From the IMG/VR virus record IMGVR_UViG_3300044213_000107, positions 196,724-260,723 of that record: a stretch of DNA of 64,000 bases, one strand, 5' to 3'. Shown here one piece after another: positions 46,007-56,092 of the stretch. A program made the translations under genes and the position numbers. The notes below the pieces were generated by a model. It was given only the letters and a program-made list of their open reading frames with translations, ran no database searches and was not told the DNA's origin. Position 1 is the first letter of the stretch. Each line of letters begins with the position of its first letter.

Positions 46007-49000
46007 TTAAACTGGTACGTACTCTCTAAATAAGCGTACACTATTTGTTGCATTTACCGCAGTAAATTGTAATAATGTATTACCACCGCTTACTGTTGCA
46101 GTAACTACACCCAAGTTGCCTCCGGTTTGTACGATGCCATATGATGTAACATATGCAGATCCACCACCTTGTACAACCAACACTTCTTGTGATTGATAGT
46201 TTCCACCGTTAGTAACCTGTACAATGTACTTGGCAGTACGATATGAAGTATTACTAAATGTGTCTAGTGTAGTAGCAGTACCAGCACTGGCTACGCTTAC
46301 GTTGGCTTCTTGTGTTACTAAACCACCACTTGTTGGCATTGTAAAGCGTGCTGTTGCTGCACCAGAACCGCTATTAAACTGTAGACCTGCTATATCATCT
46401 GGTGTAATATTTACATTACCAGTTGTACTTGCTAATCCACTAATAGTTGTAGTTGTAGTCAACATTCTAACGTCAATGACATCACCGGCAGCAGGAGCTT
46501 CAGTAAATGTCAATGTTGTATTAGAAACGCTGTAAGCTAGTGTTGGGATTTGAACCACACCGTTAATACTTACAATAGTACCAGCAGTTGTTGCAGACTG
46601 GCTTAATGTAAATGTAGTTGTTGATCCGTCGCCGTTAAACTGCTGATCTGCAATAATTGTAAACGTTTGTGCGCTTGCTTGCCATATACTTCCTGTGTAA
46701 ACTTCAAACTGGTTAGTTGTGCTGTTATAACGGAACATACCTTGTGTAGCAGTTCCATATCCACCTGAACCAGGACGTTGAGCAGTAGTACCAACTGGTA
46801 GTAAAATAGAATCAGTTGTATTGAATACTACTTTAGCACCAGGAACTAAAGTACTTGCGGTTGCACTGTTACCAAAAATAACACTGTCGTAAGTACTGCT
46901 TGGTCTTGCCCAAACCAAAGTTTGGTCATTTACACCACGGATGATTGTATCAAAGTTAGCGTTATTAGTGTTGTTAAACACTGCTCCGCCATTATGATAT
47001 GTATTGCCACTTATACCAACTCCACCAATAACAACCAACGCACCAGTTGTAGCATTTGTGCTTGCGGTGCCTGCGGCTGCAACAATGTTACCATTGTGGA
47101 TTGCAAAGCCTGTTGTTGTGATATTTGCAGTACTAGCAATATAACCACCGTTAATAACTGCATTAGCACTATAGAAGTTAGTTGCAGTCAAGTTAGTTAC
47201 TGTACCAGTTGTGATCGTTGCATTTGTCAATGCACTGATATAACCACCACTGATTACAACGTTACCAGAACTGAAGTTTGTAGCAACTGCAGTTGTTAGG
47301 TTAGCACTTGTTGAACCAAATGTTGCGATATTACCTGTAGCAGCACTTAGACCACTTAGGTTAGTTGCAGTACCACCTGTGATAACTGCATTAGCTGTAC
47401 TAAAGTTTGTTGCTTGTAGTGTTGTAACTGCAGCAGTTGTGATCGTTGCATTTGTCAATGCACTGATATAACCACCACTGATTACTGCATTACCAGTACT
47501 GAAGTTTGTAACACTGCCGGTTGTGGCATATACATTGGCCAAACCACTTGCATAACCACCTGTAATCGCAGCATTTGCAGTACTAAAGTTAGTTGCCACT
47601 GCAGTTGTCAAGTTAGCACTTGTACTGTTCAATGAAGTAACATAACCAGTTGCTGCTGCAATATTAGTCAAGTTATTAATATAACCGCCAGTGATAACTG
47701 CATTACCAGAACTTAGATTTGTTGCTTGAGCAGTTGTAGCATATACATTAGCCAAACCACTTGCATAACCACCAGTTACTGCAATGTTACCAGAACTGAA
47801 GTTAGTTGCTTGAGCAGTTGTTGCAGTTAGGTTTGTTAAGCCAGTTGCTGAACCACCAGTTACTGCAATGTTACCAGAACTGAAGTTAGTTGCTTGAGCA
47901 GTTGTTGCAGTTAGGTTTGTTAAGCCAGTTGCTGAACCACCAGTTACTGCAATGTTACCAGAACTGAAGTTAGTTGCTTGAGCAGTTGTTGCAGTTAGGT
48001 TTGTTAAGCCAGTTGCTGAACCACCTGTTATTTGTGCATTACCAGTACTGAAGTTGGTTGCTTGAGCAGTTGTAGCATATACATTGGCCAAACCACTTGC
48101 ATAACCACCTGTCACTGCAATATTACCAGAACTGAAGTTAGTAGCAACTGCAGTTGTTAGGTTAGCACTTGTAGATCCAAATGTTGCAATGTTACCAGTA
48201 GCAGCACTTAGACCACTTAGACCAGTAATTGAACCACCTGTTACATATGCATTACCTGTGCTGAAGTTAGTAGCAACTGCAGTTGTTAGGTTAGCACTTG
48301 TTGAACCAAATGTTGCAATATTACCTGTTGCGGCACTCAATCCACTCAAGTTGGTAGCAGTACCGCCAGTAATTACTGCGTTAGCAGTTGATAGGTTTGT
48401 TGCTTGTATGGTTGTTACAGTTTCGTTGGTAATTGTTGCAGTTGTGATTGTTGCATTTGTTAACGCACTAATATAACCACCACTGATAACAACGTTTGGT
48501 GAACTAAAGTTAGCTGCATACAATGTTGTTACATTACCAGTAGTACTATTCATTGAAGCAACATAACCAGTTGCTGCAGTAATATTTGCCAAGTTATTGA
48601 TATAACCACCAGTTACTACTGCATTAGCAGTATTGATACTACCTGTGTAGAGAGTAGTAATATTACCAGCAGTTGCACCAAATGTTGCAATATTACCTGT
48701 TGCCGCACTCAATCCACTCAAGTTGGTAGCAGTACCACCTGTGATAACTGCGTTAGCAGTTGATAGGTTTGTTGCTTGTAGTGTTGTAACTGCAGCAGTT
48801 GTGATCGTTGCATTTGTCAATGCGCTGATATAACCACCACTGATTACTGCATTACCGGTACTAAAGTTAGTTGCTTGAGCAGTTGTAGCATATACATTAG
48901 CCAAACCACTTGCATAACCACCTGTTACTGCAACATTTGGTGAGCTAAAGTTTGTTGCATATAATGTAGTAAATGTACCAGTTGTGATCGTTGCATTTGT

Positions 49001-52000
49001 CAATGCGCTGATATAACCACCACTGATTACTGCATTACCGGTACTAAAGTTAGTTGCTTGAGCAGTTGTAGCATATACATTAGCCAAACCACTTGCATAA
49101 CCACCTGTAATTGCTGCGTTAGCAGTTGATAGGTTTGTTGCTTGTAGTGTTGTAACTGCAGCAGTTGTGATTGTTGCATTTGTCAATGCACTGATATAAC
49201 CACCACTGATTACTGCATTGGCAGTGTTAATACTACCAGCATACAATGTTGTGATGTTGCCATTTGTACTACCAAATGTTGCAATGTTACCTGTAGCAGC
49301 ACTCAATCCACTCAAGTTGGTAGCAGTTCCGCCTGTGATAACTGCATTACCAGTACTAAAGTTAGTTGCTTGTAATGTTGTTAAGCCATTAGCAGAACCA
49401 CCAGTAATAACTGCATTAGCAGTACTAAATCCAGTGGTAGCAACTAGATATGTAAATGCACCGGTACTTGGACTTGTATTACCAATTGGTGTGTTGTTTA
49501 AACTAGATACAGCGATACCGCCACCTAAAGTTAACGAACCACCAATAAACAAGTTACCGGAGATACTTTCGTCGCCCCAGATCTGCACCGCACCAGTGTT
49601 GGCACTTAGACCGCCGCCCAATACACGAGCATTAGCAACTGTTAATGAACCCATTTCAACAGGGTCATAGATTGCGTTTGTGTAGTTTGTTACACCTGCT
49701 GAGGGTTCTGGAACATTACTAAAGAATTTCCAAGTATTTGTAACATAATCACGTGTCAATCCAGTATGTTGATATGTTCCGCTAGAACCACCAACAAAGT
49801 GTGAATAGAAACCAACATCATAATTGTAGTTACTTGGGTTACTTGCATTCAAATATAACAATGGATCGTTAACAGATTCAATTGTTGTTACTTGTGAAGT
49901 TAAGTTACCGTAAATGTTACCGCCAACCCATAGGTTGCCTAAAATACTTGCACCGCCAGTTAACTGTACTGCACCAGTGTTTAAACCAGTTGAGTCTGTG
50001 GCATTAGTAAATGTTGTTAAACCATTTGATGTTAGTGTTGTAAATGCGCCAGTTGCAGCAGTATTTGCACCAATTGGATGGTTATCTGAATATCCGCCCG
50101 TAATACGTGCATTACCTGTGCTGAAGTTAGTTGCTTGAGCAGTTGTAGCATATACGTTGGCTAAACCACTTGCATAGCCACCAGTAATAGCAACGTTAGG
50201 CGAACTAAAGTTAGCTGCGTATAATGTTGTAAAGTTACCATTTGTAACTGTAGCAGTTGTGATCGTTGCATTTGTCAATGCACTGATATAACCACCACTG
50301 ATTACTGCATTACCGGTACTAAAGTTAGTTGCAACCGCAGTTGTCAAGTTAGCACTTGTAGATCCAAATGTTGCAATGTTACCTGTAGCGGCACTTAGAC
50401 CACTTAGGTTAGTTGCAGTACCACCTGTGATAACTGCATTGGCTGTACTGAAGTTAGTTGCTTGAGCAGTTGTTGCAGTTAGGTTTGTTAAGCCAGTTGC
50501 TGAACCACCAGTTACCTGTGCATTACCTGTACTGAAGTTAGTTGCTTGAGCAGTTGTTGCAGTTAGATTTGTTAAACCAGTTGCTGAACCACCAGTTACC
50601 TGTGCATTGCCTGTACTGAAGTTTGTTGCTTGAGCAGTTGTTGCAGTTAGGTTTGTTAAACCAGTTGCTGAACCACCTGTTATTTGTGCATTACCAGAAC
50701 TGAAGTTAGTTGCTTGTAGTGTTGTGACTGCAGCAGTTGTTACTGTAGCAGTTGTGATTGTTGCATTTGTCAATGCGCTGATGTAACCACCACTAATTAC
50801 TGCATTGCCAGTACTGAAGTTAGTTGCTTGAGCAGTTGTTGCAGTTAGATTTGTTAAACTAGTTGCTGAACCACCTGTTATTTGTGCATTGCCTGTACTG
50901 AAGTTCGTTGCAACAGCGGTTGTCAAATTAGCACTTGTTGAACCAAATGTTGCAATATTACCTGTTGCAGCACTCAAGCCACTCAAGTTAGTAGCAGTAC
51001 CACCTGTGATAACTGCGTTAGCAGTACCAAATCCTGTTGTTGCAACTAATGTACCAATGTTTCCGTTTGTACTGTTTAACTGAGCAAAAGTACCTACACC
51101 AGCAGCAACGTTGGCTAGATTATTAGCATAGCCGCCAGTTAAAACAACATTACCAGAACTTAAATTTGTTGCTTGAGCAGTTGTTGCAGTTAGGTTTGTT
51201 AAACCAGTTGCCGAACCACCAGTTACCTGTACATTACCAGAACTGAAGTTAGTAGCAACTGCAGTTGTCAAGTTGGCACTTGTAGATCCAAATGTTGCAA
51301 TGTTACCTGTAGCGGCACTCAAGCCACTCAAGCCAGTAATTGAACCACCTGTTACGTATGCATTACCAGTACTGAAGTTAGTTGCAACAGCGGTTGTCAA
51401 ATTAGCACTTGTTGAACCAAATGTTGCAATGTTACCAGTTGCAGCACTTAGACCGCTTAGGTTAGTAGCAGTACCACCTGTAATAACTGCATTAGCAGTA
51501 CTGAAGTTTGTTGCTTGTAATGTTGTAACAGCACCAGTTGTGATTGTTGCATTTGTCAATGCGCTGATATAACCACCACTAATTACTGCATTGCCAGTAC
51601 TGAAGTTAGTTGCTTGAGCAGTTGTTGCAGTTAGATTTGTTAAACCAGTTGCTGAACCACCAGTTACCTGTGCATTGCCTGTACTGAAGTTTGTTGCTTG
51701 AGCAGTTGTTGCAGTTAGGTTTGTTAAACCAGTTGCTGAACCACCTGTTATTTGTGCATTACCAGAACTGAAGTTAGTTGCTTGAGCAGTTGTAGCATAT
51801 ACGTTAGCCAAACCACTTGCATAACCACCTGTAATTGCAGCATTTGCAGTACTGAAGTTTGTTGCTTGAGCAGTTGTTGCAGTTAGGTTTGTTAAACCAG
51901 TTGCTGAACCACCTGTTATTTGTGCATTACCAGTACTGAAGTTTGTTGCGACTGCAGTTGTCAAATTAGCACTTGTTGAACCAAATGTTGCAATGTTACC

Positions 52001-53107
52001 TGTAGCGGCACTTAGACCGCTTAAGCCAGTAGCAGTACCGCCAGTAATTACTGCGTTAGCTGTACTGAAGTTTGTTGCTTGTAGTGTTGTAACTGCAGCA
52101 GTTGTGATTGTTGCATTTGTCAATGCACTGATGTAACCACCACTGATAACCGCGTTAGCAGTATTCATACTACCTGCGTACAACGTTGTTACATTACCGG
52201 CAGTAGCACCAAATGTTGCGATATTACCAGTTGCAGCACTTAGACCGCTTAAGCCAGTAGCAGTACCGCCAGTAATTACTGCATTAGCGGTATTCATACT
52301 ACCTGCATATAATGTTGTTACATTACCTGCGGTTGCGCTAAATGTTGCAATGTTACCGGTTACGGCACTCAATCCACTCAAGTTAGTTGCTGTACCACCT
52401 GTGATAACTGCGTTAGCAGTTGATAGGTTTGTGGCCTGAAGAGTTGTTATTGCACCAGTTGTGATCGTTGCATTTGTCAATGCACTGATATAACCACCGC
52501 TGATTACTGCATTGGCAGTATTTAAACTTGATGAGAACAATGGACCTGTAACATTAGCACCGCTGGAATTTAACTGAGTTATATATCCTGTTGCGGCTGC
52601 TAGTGTGGTGAAAGTACCTGCAGCGGGAGTAACATTACCAATAACGGTATTGTTAATTGCGCTTGCAGACACGGAAACTGCGGTTAAATTACCAAGTTTT
52701 ACGTTAGCAAATCCAGAGTTGTTAATACTTGTTACACCTGAGCCAGTGTCAGTAGTTACAACGGCTTCGAACGCTCCGTCGGCTTCTACCCACACCCACG
52801 CGGTGTTTACACTACCGTATCCACTAAGCGAACTTAGATTACGGTTTACTAAAATACCAATATCGTATCCTGTTAACGATCCTGAATACCCGTTGTTAAA
52901 AACAACTAATGGGTCATTAACATATGTGTTTGTTGAACTTACTGTGCTGGATGAACCTGATACGCTAAGGTTACCAACAATAGTAACGTTAGAATTTAAC
53001 GTTAAATTTGGGTTAAATAATGCACCTGTCAACGTTCCGGATGCGATTTTCGCATACGTTATCGTTGCATCAGTGATCTGATTATTTTTAATTCTTGTTA
53101 CTGCCAC
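46007..53107 (-). CDS. giant repetitive Thr/Asn/Ala/Gly-rich fibre protein, 2366 aa
   Basis: Two blocks of 25-35 aa repeats around a central domain; C-terminal RTAKY domain. Confidence 0.8.
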   Translation of the reverse strand: MAVTRIKNNQITDATITYAKIASGTLTGALFNPNLTLNSNVTIVGNLSVSGSSSTVSSTNTYVNDPLVVFNNGYSGSLTGYDIGILVNRNLSSLSGYGSVNTAWVWVEADGAFEAVVTTDTGSGVTSINNSGFANVKLGNLTAVSVSASAINNTVIGNVTPAAGTFTTLAAATGYITQLNSSGANVTGPLFSSSLNTANAVISGGYISALTNATITTGAITTLQATNLSTANAVITGGTATNLSGLSAVTGNIATFSATAGNVTTLYAGSMNTANAVITGGTATGLSGLSAATGNIATFGATAGNVTTLYAGSMNTANAVISGGYISALTNATITTAAVTTLQATNFSTANAVITGGTATGLSGLSAATGNIATFGSTSANLTTAVATNFSTGNAQITGGSATGLTNLTATTAQATNFSTANAAITGGYASGLANVYATTAQATNFSSGNAQITGGSATGLTNLTATTAQATNFSTGNAQVTGGSATGLTNLTATTAQATNFSTGNAVISGGYISALTNATITTGAVTTLQATNFSTANAVITGGTATNLSGLSAATGNIATFGSTSANLTTAVATNFSTGNAYVTGGSITGLSGLSAATGNIATFGSTSANLTTAVATNFSSGNVQVTGGSATGLTNLTATTAQATNLSSGNVVLTGGYANNLANVAAGVGTFAQLNSTNGNIGTLVATTGFGTANAVITGGTATNLSGLSAATGNIATFGSTSANLTTAVATNFSTGNAQITGGSATSLTNLTATTAQATNFSTGNAVISGGYISALTNATITTATVTTAAVTTLQATNFSSGNAQITGGSATGLTNLTATTAQATNFSTGNAQVTGGSATGLTNLTATTAQATNFSTGNAQVTGGSATGLTNLTATTAQATNFSTANAVITGGTATNLSGLSAATGNIATFGSTSANLTTAVATNFSTGNAVISGGYISALTNATITTATVTNGNFTTLYAANFSSPNVAITGGYASGLANVYATTAQATNFSTGNARITGGYSDNHPIGANTAATGAFTTLTSNGLTTFTNATDSTGLNTGAVQLTGGASILGNLWVGGNIYGNLTSQVTTIESVNDPLLYLNASNPSNYNYDVGFYSHFVGGSSGTYQHTGLTRDYVTNTWKFFSNVPEPSAGVTNYTNAIYDPVEMGSLTVANARVLGGGLSANTGAVQIWGDESISGNLFIGGSLTLGGGIAVSSLNNTPIGNTSPSTGAFTYLVATTGFSTANAVITGGSANGLTTLQATNFSTGNAVITGGTATNLSGLSAATGNIATFGSTNGNITTLYAGSINTANAVISGGYISALTNATITTAAVTTLQATNLSTANAAITGGYASGLANVYATTAQATNFSTGNAVISGGYISALTNATITTGTFTTLYATNFSSPNVAVTGGYASGLANVYATTAQATNFSTGNAVISGGYISALTNATITTAAVTTLQATNLSTANAVITGGTATNLSGLSAATGNIATFGATAGNITTLYTGSINTANAVVTGGYINNLANITAATGYVASMNSTTGNVTTLYAANFSSPNVVISGGYISALTNATITTATITNETVTTIQATNLSTANAVITGGTATNLSGLSAATGNIATFGSTSANLTTAVATNFSTGNAYVTGGSITGLSGLSAATGNIATFGSTSANLTTAVATNFSSGNIAVTGGYASGLANVYATTAQATNFSTGNAQITGGSATGLTNLTATTAQATNFSSGNIAVTGGSATGLTNLTATTAQATNFSSGNIAVTGGSATGLTNLTATTAQATNFSSGNIAVTGGYASGLANVYATTAQATNLSSGNAVITGGYINNLTNIAAATGYVTSLNSTSANLTTAVATNFSTANAAITGGYASGLANVYATTGSVTNFSTGNAVISGGYISALTNATITTAAVTTLQATNFSTANAVITGGTATNLSGLSAATGNIATFGSTSANLTTAVATNFSSGNVVISGGYISALTNATITTGTVTNLTATNFYSANAVINGGYIASTANITTTGFAIHNGNIVAAAGTASTNATTGALVVIGGVGISGNTYHNGGAVFNNTNNANFDTIIRGVNDQTLVWARPSSTYDSVIFGNSATASTLVPGAKVVFNTTDSILLPVGTTAQRPGSGGYGTATQGMFRYNSTTNQFEVYTGSIWQASAQTFTIIADQQFNGDGSTTTFTLSQSATTAGTIVSINGVVQIPTLAYSVSNTTLTFTEAPAAGDVIDVRMLTTTTTISGLASTTGNVNITPDDIAGLQFNSGSGAATARFTMPTSGGLVTQEANVSVASAGTATTLDTFSNTSYRTAKYIVQVTNGGNYQSQEVLVVQGGGSAYVTSYGIVQTGGNLGVVTATVSGGNTLLQFTAVNATNSVRLFREYVPV
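47150..52520 (-). repeat. coding tandem repeats (about 75-105 bp units) in two blocks
   Basis: Units such as TNLTATTAQATNFSSGNIAVTGGSATGL repeated; unique domain at about 49450-50100. Confidence 0.9.
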
Positions 53108-53189
53108 GGCTAAATCTCCTAAACTGCTATGTATTTAGTTTAAGAGTTTATTTCGGGCTTACTGGATATGATTTCTAAAGGATTTTGAA

Positions 53190-56090
53190 TTACACAGCAA
53201 AGTATGTTTTTTGTATTCGCAATTGGTAATTGCTTACCGAACCTGTTGCTAAAAGATTAACTGTAGATCCGTTAACATTTGACGAATATGTTATATTCGA
53301 CCCTGTATTTAGTACACCAAACGTAGTAACCAGTGAACTACCACTGTTTTGAAGCAATAATACTTCACTCATATGAGCATCAGTGCCGTTTGAACCAGAC
53401 ACTGTATATCGTGCGCTACGATAAACGCCCGAATCCCAGGAATCTAAAATTGTAGCAACGGTGTTTATTGCAACTGCAGAACCGTTGATGGTGGTGTTGC
53501 CGGCAATAGTTAAGTTGCCAGTTAGTGTTGTATTTTTAGCACGTATGTCGCTGGAATTTGTTGAGAGGTAAGCAGCTACATTAACATTACTATAATTGCT
53601 TGTGCCATAATTTAAATTGGCCCAAGTGTAGAATGACCCAACATTAGCATCTAAGGTATTTAGATGTGTATAAATTGTACCAACATTTGATTGAGTTGCA
53701 AATGCAGCATTGGCCCAAGTGTAGAATGACCCAACATTAGCATTTATTGTTGAAATAGATGCATTTGCAGCTTGTATACTCGTATACAATGCAGAAACAT
53801 TTGTTATAAAGTTAACACCATTGACTGTAAGTACATTAGCTGTTAACACATTTGCAGTTTCTGTATTAACAACAGTTTCATAATTGACACTTGTAACATT
53901 ACCTGTAACAAATAAATTACCACCAACAGTTAAATTTCCAGTGGTAGATACTGTGCCACCAATTGTGCCGTTGTATGTAGGCAAATATGCAGCTACGTTG
54001 GCATTACCATATGATCCAGTTATGCCAGATAATATACTAACACCATTAGAATATAAAAAGTTTTGCGCCGATACATTACCGCTAGCAACTAAATCTCCTG
54101 TTACTTGATTAGTTAATGATAACGATATAGCTGCCGCAATAAATCGTATGTCAACATTGTCTGTTGTTAATGGTATTTCTGTAAAAGTGATTTGGTTTCC
54201 TGAGACAGAATAAGAATTTCCAGGAAATTGTACCACACCGTTGATACTTACAATAATACCTGATGTAGTTGCATTTTGACTTAATGTATAAGTGTTGCTA
54301 GTACCATCAGGAATAATTTGTTGATCAGTAATCTGATTAAGCATTGGTAGCCAATTTGAATTACTATAAACTTCTAATGTGTGTGTATCTGTATTATATC
54401 TAAAATATCCATTTTTGGGGTTTGTGGGACGAGAATTAGAGTCACCAACTGGGATTCCGACTGCACTATTGCTGTTAAATGTAGTTACTGCAGTTTGATA
54501 AGGAGATATTAAATCAGCATTGATATTGCCTACAAATTCTGTAGAAGCAATATTGCCTGCTACTGAAATATTACCACCAATAACAGCATTGCCAGCAATA
54601 TTAGTGATGCCACCAATATATAGATTACCAAGAATACCTGCACCACCAATAACTTGTAGTGCTCCAGTATTAGAACTTGTACTAACTGAACTTGATAATA
54701 TAGTTATGTTGGCATTACTCGCCCACATAACTTGAGTACTAACACCCGTGTCACCAGCATAAAATCTTAATACATCATCGCCGGCACCGGCAAATGCTTC
54801 GGCAATTATATAAGCATGTCCATCTACAGATTTTACACCACCTAGACTTGACCAAGCACCGCCTGCACCATATCCTTCAAAACTACTAATAGTAGAATTG
54901 TAGCGTATCATACCAGTTTGTGCCACATTTGGTCTTTGGCTAGTAGTACCAGTAGGTATAGTAAAATACCCATTAGACGATGTTACAATATTTCCGGTTA
55001 AGTTTATATTACCATTAAATCCTGCTCCACCGGCTACACGCAATGCACCGGTTGTATAAGATACGCTAGGTGTTGCATTTGATAATATTAATTCTCCAGA
55101 CCTTATAGTATCGTATATTGCATTAACATTACTTAGATCAACAATACCTGCCGATGGTTCCGGAACATTGCTAAAGAAATACCACGTACTATCTGAGTAG
55201 TTCCTAACCAATCCAGTATGTTGATAGACATTTGATGAGCCCCCGACAAAATGCGAATAAAAACCAATATCATAGTTATAAGGATAAGGCGTATTAGCGG
55301 TAAGATACAATAATGGATCAGCGACTGACAATATTGATATATTTTCAGAAACCAATGCATTTGTATACACATTACCAGCAACCCAAAGATCTTGTGAGAT
55401 ACTAGCACCGCCAGCAACATGCAATGCACCATTATAGTTGTTGGTACTATTGGTAGTTGATGATATTGTTACATTACCACTAAGTGTAATATCAGAGTTA
55501 CCAGAAATCGTATTGCCATTAATAGAAATATTTCCAATTGTAAGATTGGTCATATTCTGAATACCTAGCGTACTAGTATATCTATAGCCCGAAATATAAA
55601 TTCTTCCTGTTCCATTTACTGCAGATGGTACATTATCTGGAAAGTTTAAAATTCCTGAATCATAATCAAAAAACCATTCATCGCTGTTGCCTGTACCGTC
55701 TGGGAATAATTGTGTTCCAGTACTTTGTGGAGTCGATGTGTTAGCCGGCGCATAATACACTTTAACTTGATACCCACTGCCAAAGCTAGGATCAATCCAA
55801 TTAGTTAGTCCTGTTGGCCATGTAACATTACTAGGACTTGTTCCATCATTTTGTGTTTGGACTGTGCTGCTAACTGTATCTGTGTATAGTGTCACTACAC
55901 TAGAGTTAGATGACGGTGGAGTACCGGGTATTTGATTACTATTCACCCATATCAAATCACCTCGAATAGTTAAGCTGCTGCCATTTTTCTCATTACTAGG
56001 TGATTTAACAGTTGCATTGGCAGTTTTAGCTACGCCATAACCAATCTTTTTAAACAGATAATCAACTTGATTTGCTTGTGAAATTGGCAT
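53190..56090 (-). CDS. modular fibre / virion protein, 966 aa
   Basis: Shares YNYDxGFYSHFVGGSS, GMIRYN, SINGVVQ and RSARY modules with the 2366-aa protein. Confidence 0.75.
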   Translation of the reverse strand: MPISQANQVDYLFKKIGYGVAKTANATVKSPSNEKNGSSLTIRGDLIWVNSNQIPGTPPSSNSSVVTLYTDTVSSTVQTQNDGTSPSNVTWPTGLTNWIDPSFGSGYQVKVYYAPANTSTPQSTGTQLFPDGTGNSDEWFFDYDSGILNFPDNVPSAVNGTGRIYISGYRYTSTLGIQNMTNLTIGNISINGNTISGNSDITLSGNVTISSTTNSTNNYNGALHVAGGASISQDLWVAGNVYTNALVSENISILSVADPLLYLTANTPYPYNYDIGFYSHFVGGSSNVYQHTGLVRNYSDSTWYFFSNVPEPSAGIVDLSNVNAIYDTIRSGELILSNATPSVSYTTGALRVAGGAGFNGNINLTGNIVTSSNGYFTIPTGTTSQRPNVAQTGMIRYNSTISSFEGYGAGGAWSSLGGVKSVDGHAYIIAEAFAGAGDDVLRFYAGDTGVSTQVMWASNANITILSSSVSTSSNTGALQVIGGAGILGNLYIGGITNIAGNAVIGGNISVAGNIASTEFVGNINADLISPYQTAVTTFNSNSAVGIPVGDSNSRPTNPKNGYFRYNTDTHTLEVYSNSNWLPMLNQITDQQIIPDGTSNTYTLSQNATTSGIIVSINGVVQFPGNSYSVSGNQITFTEIPLTTDNVDIRFIAAAISLSLTNQVTGDLVASGNVSAQNFLYSNGVSILSGITGSYGNANVAAYLPTYNGTIGGTVSTTGNLTVGGNLFVTGNVTSVNYETVVNTETANVLTANVLTVNGVNFITNVSALYTSIQAANASISTINANVGSFYTWANAAFATQSNVGTIYTHLNTLDANVGSFYTWANLNYGTSNYSNVNVAAYLSTNSSDIRAKNTTLTGNLTIAGNTTINGSAVAINTVATILDSWDSGVYRSARYTVSGSNGTDAHMSEVLLLQNSGSSLVTTFGVLNTGSNITYSSNVNGSTVNLLATGSVSNYQLRIQKTYFAV

Positions 56091-56092
56091 AG

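Noticed and set aside
47150-52520. Regular repeats resembling a CRISPR array or DGR template
   Set aside because: In-frame coding repeats with synonymous variation; no unique spacers, cas genes or reverse transcriptase in the window.
15336-53134. 16-nt identity CTAAACTGCTATGTAT between the GIY-YIG leader and the fibre gene leader
   Set aside because: A single 16-mer match is about what chance gives in 64 kb of AT-rich DNA.
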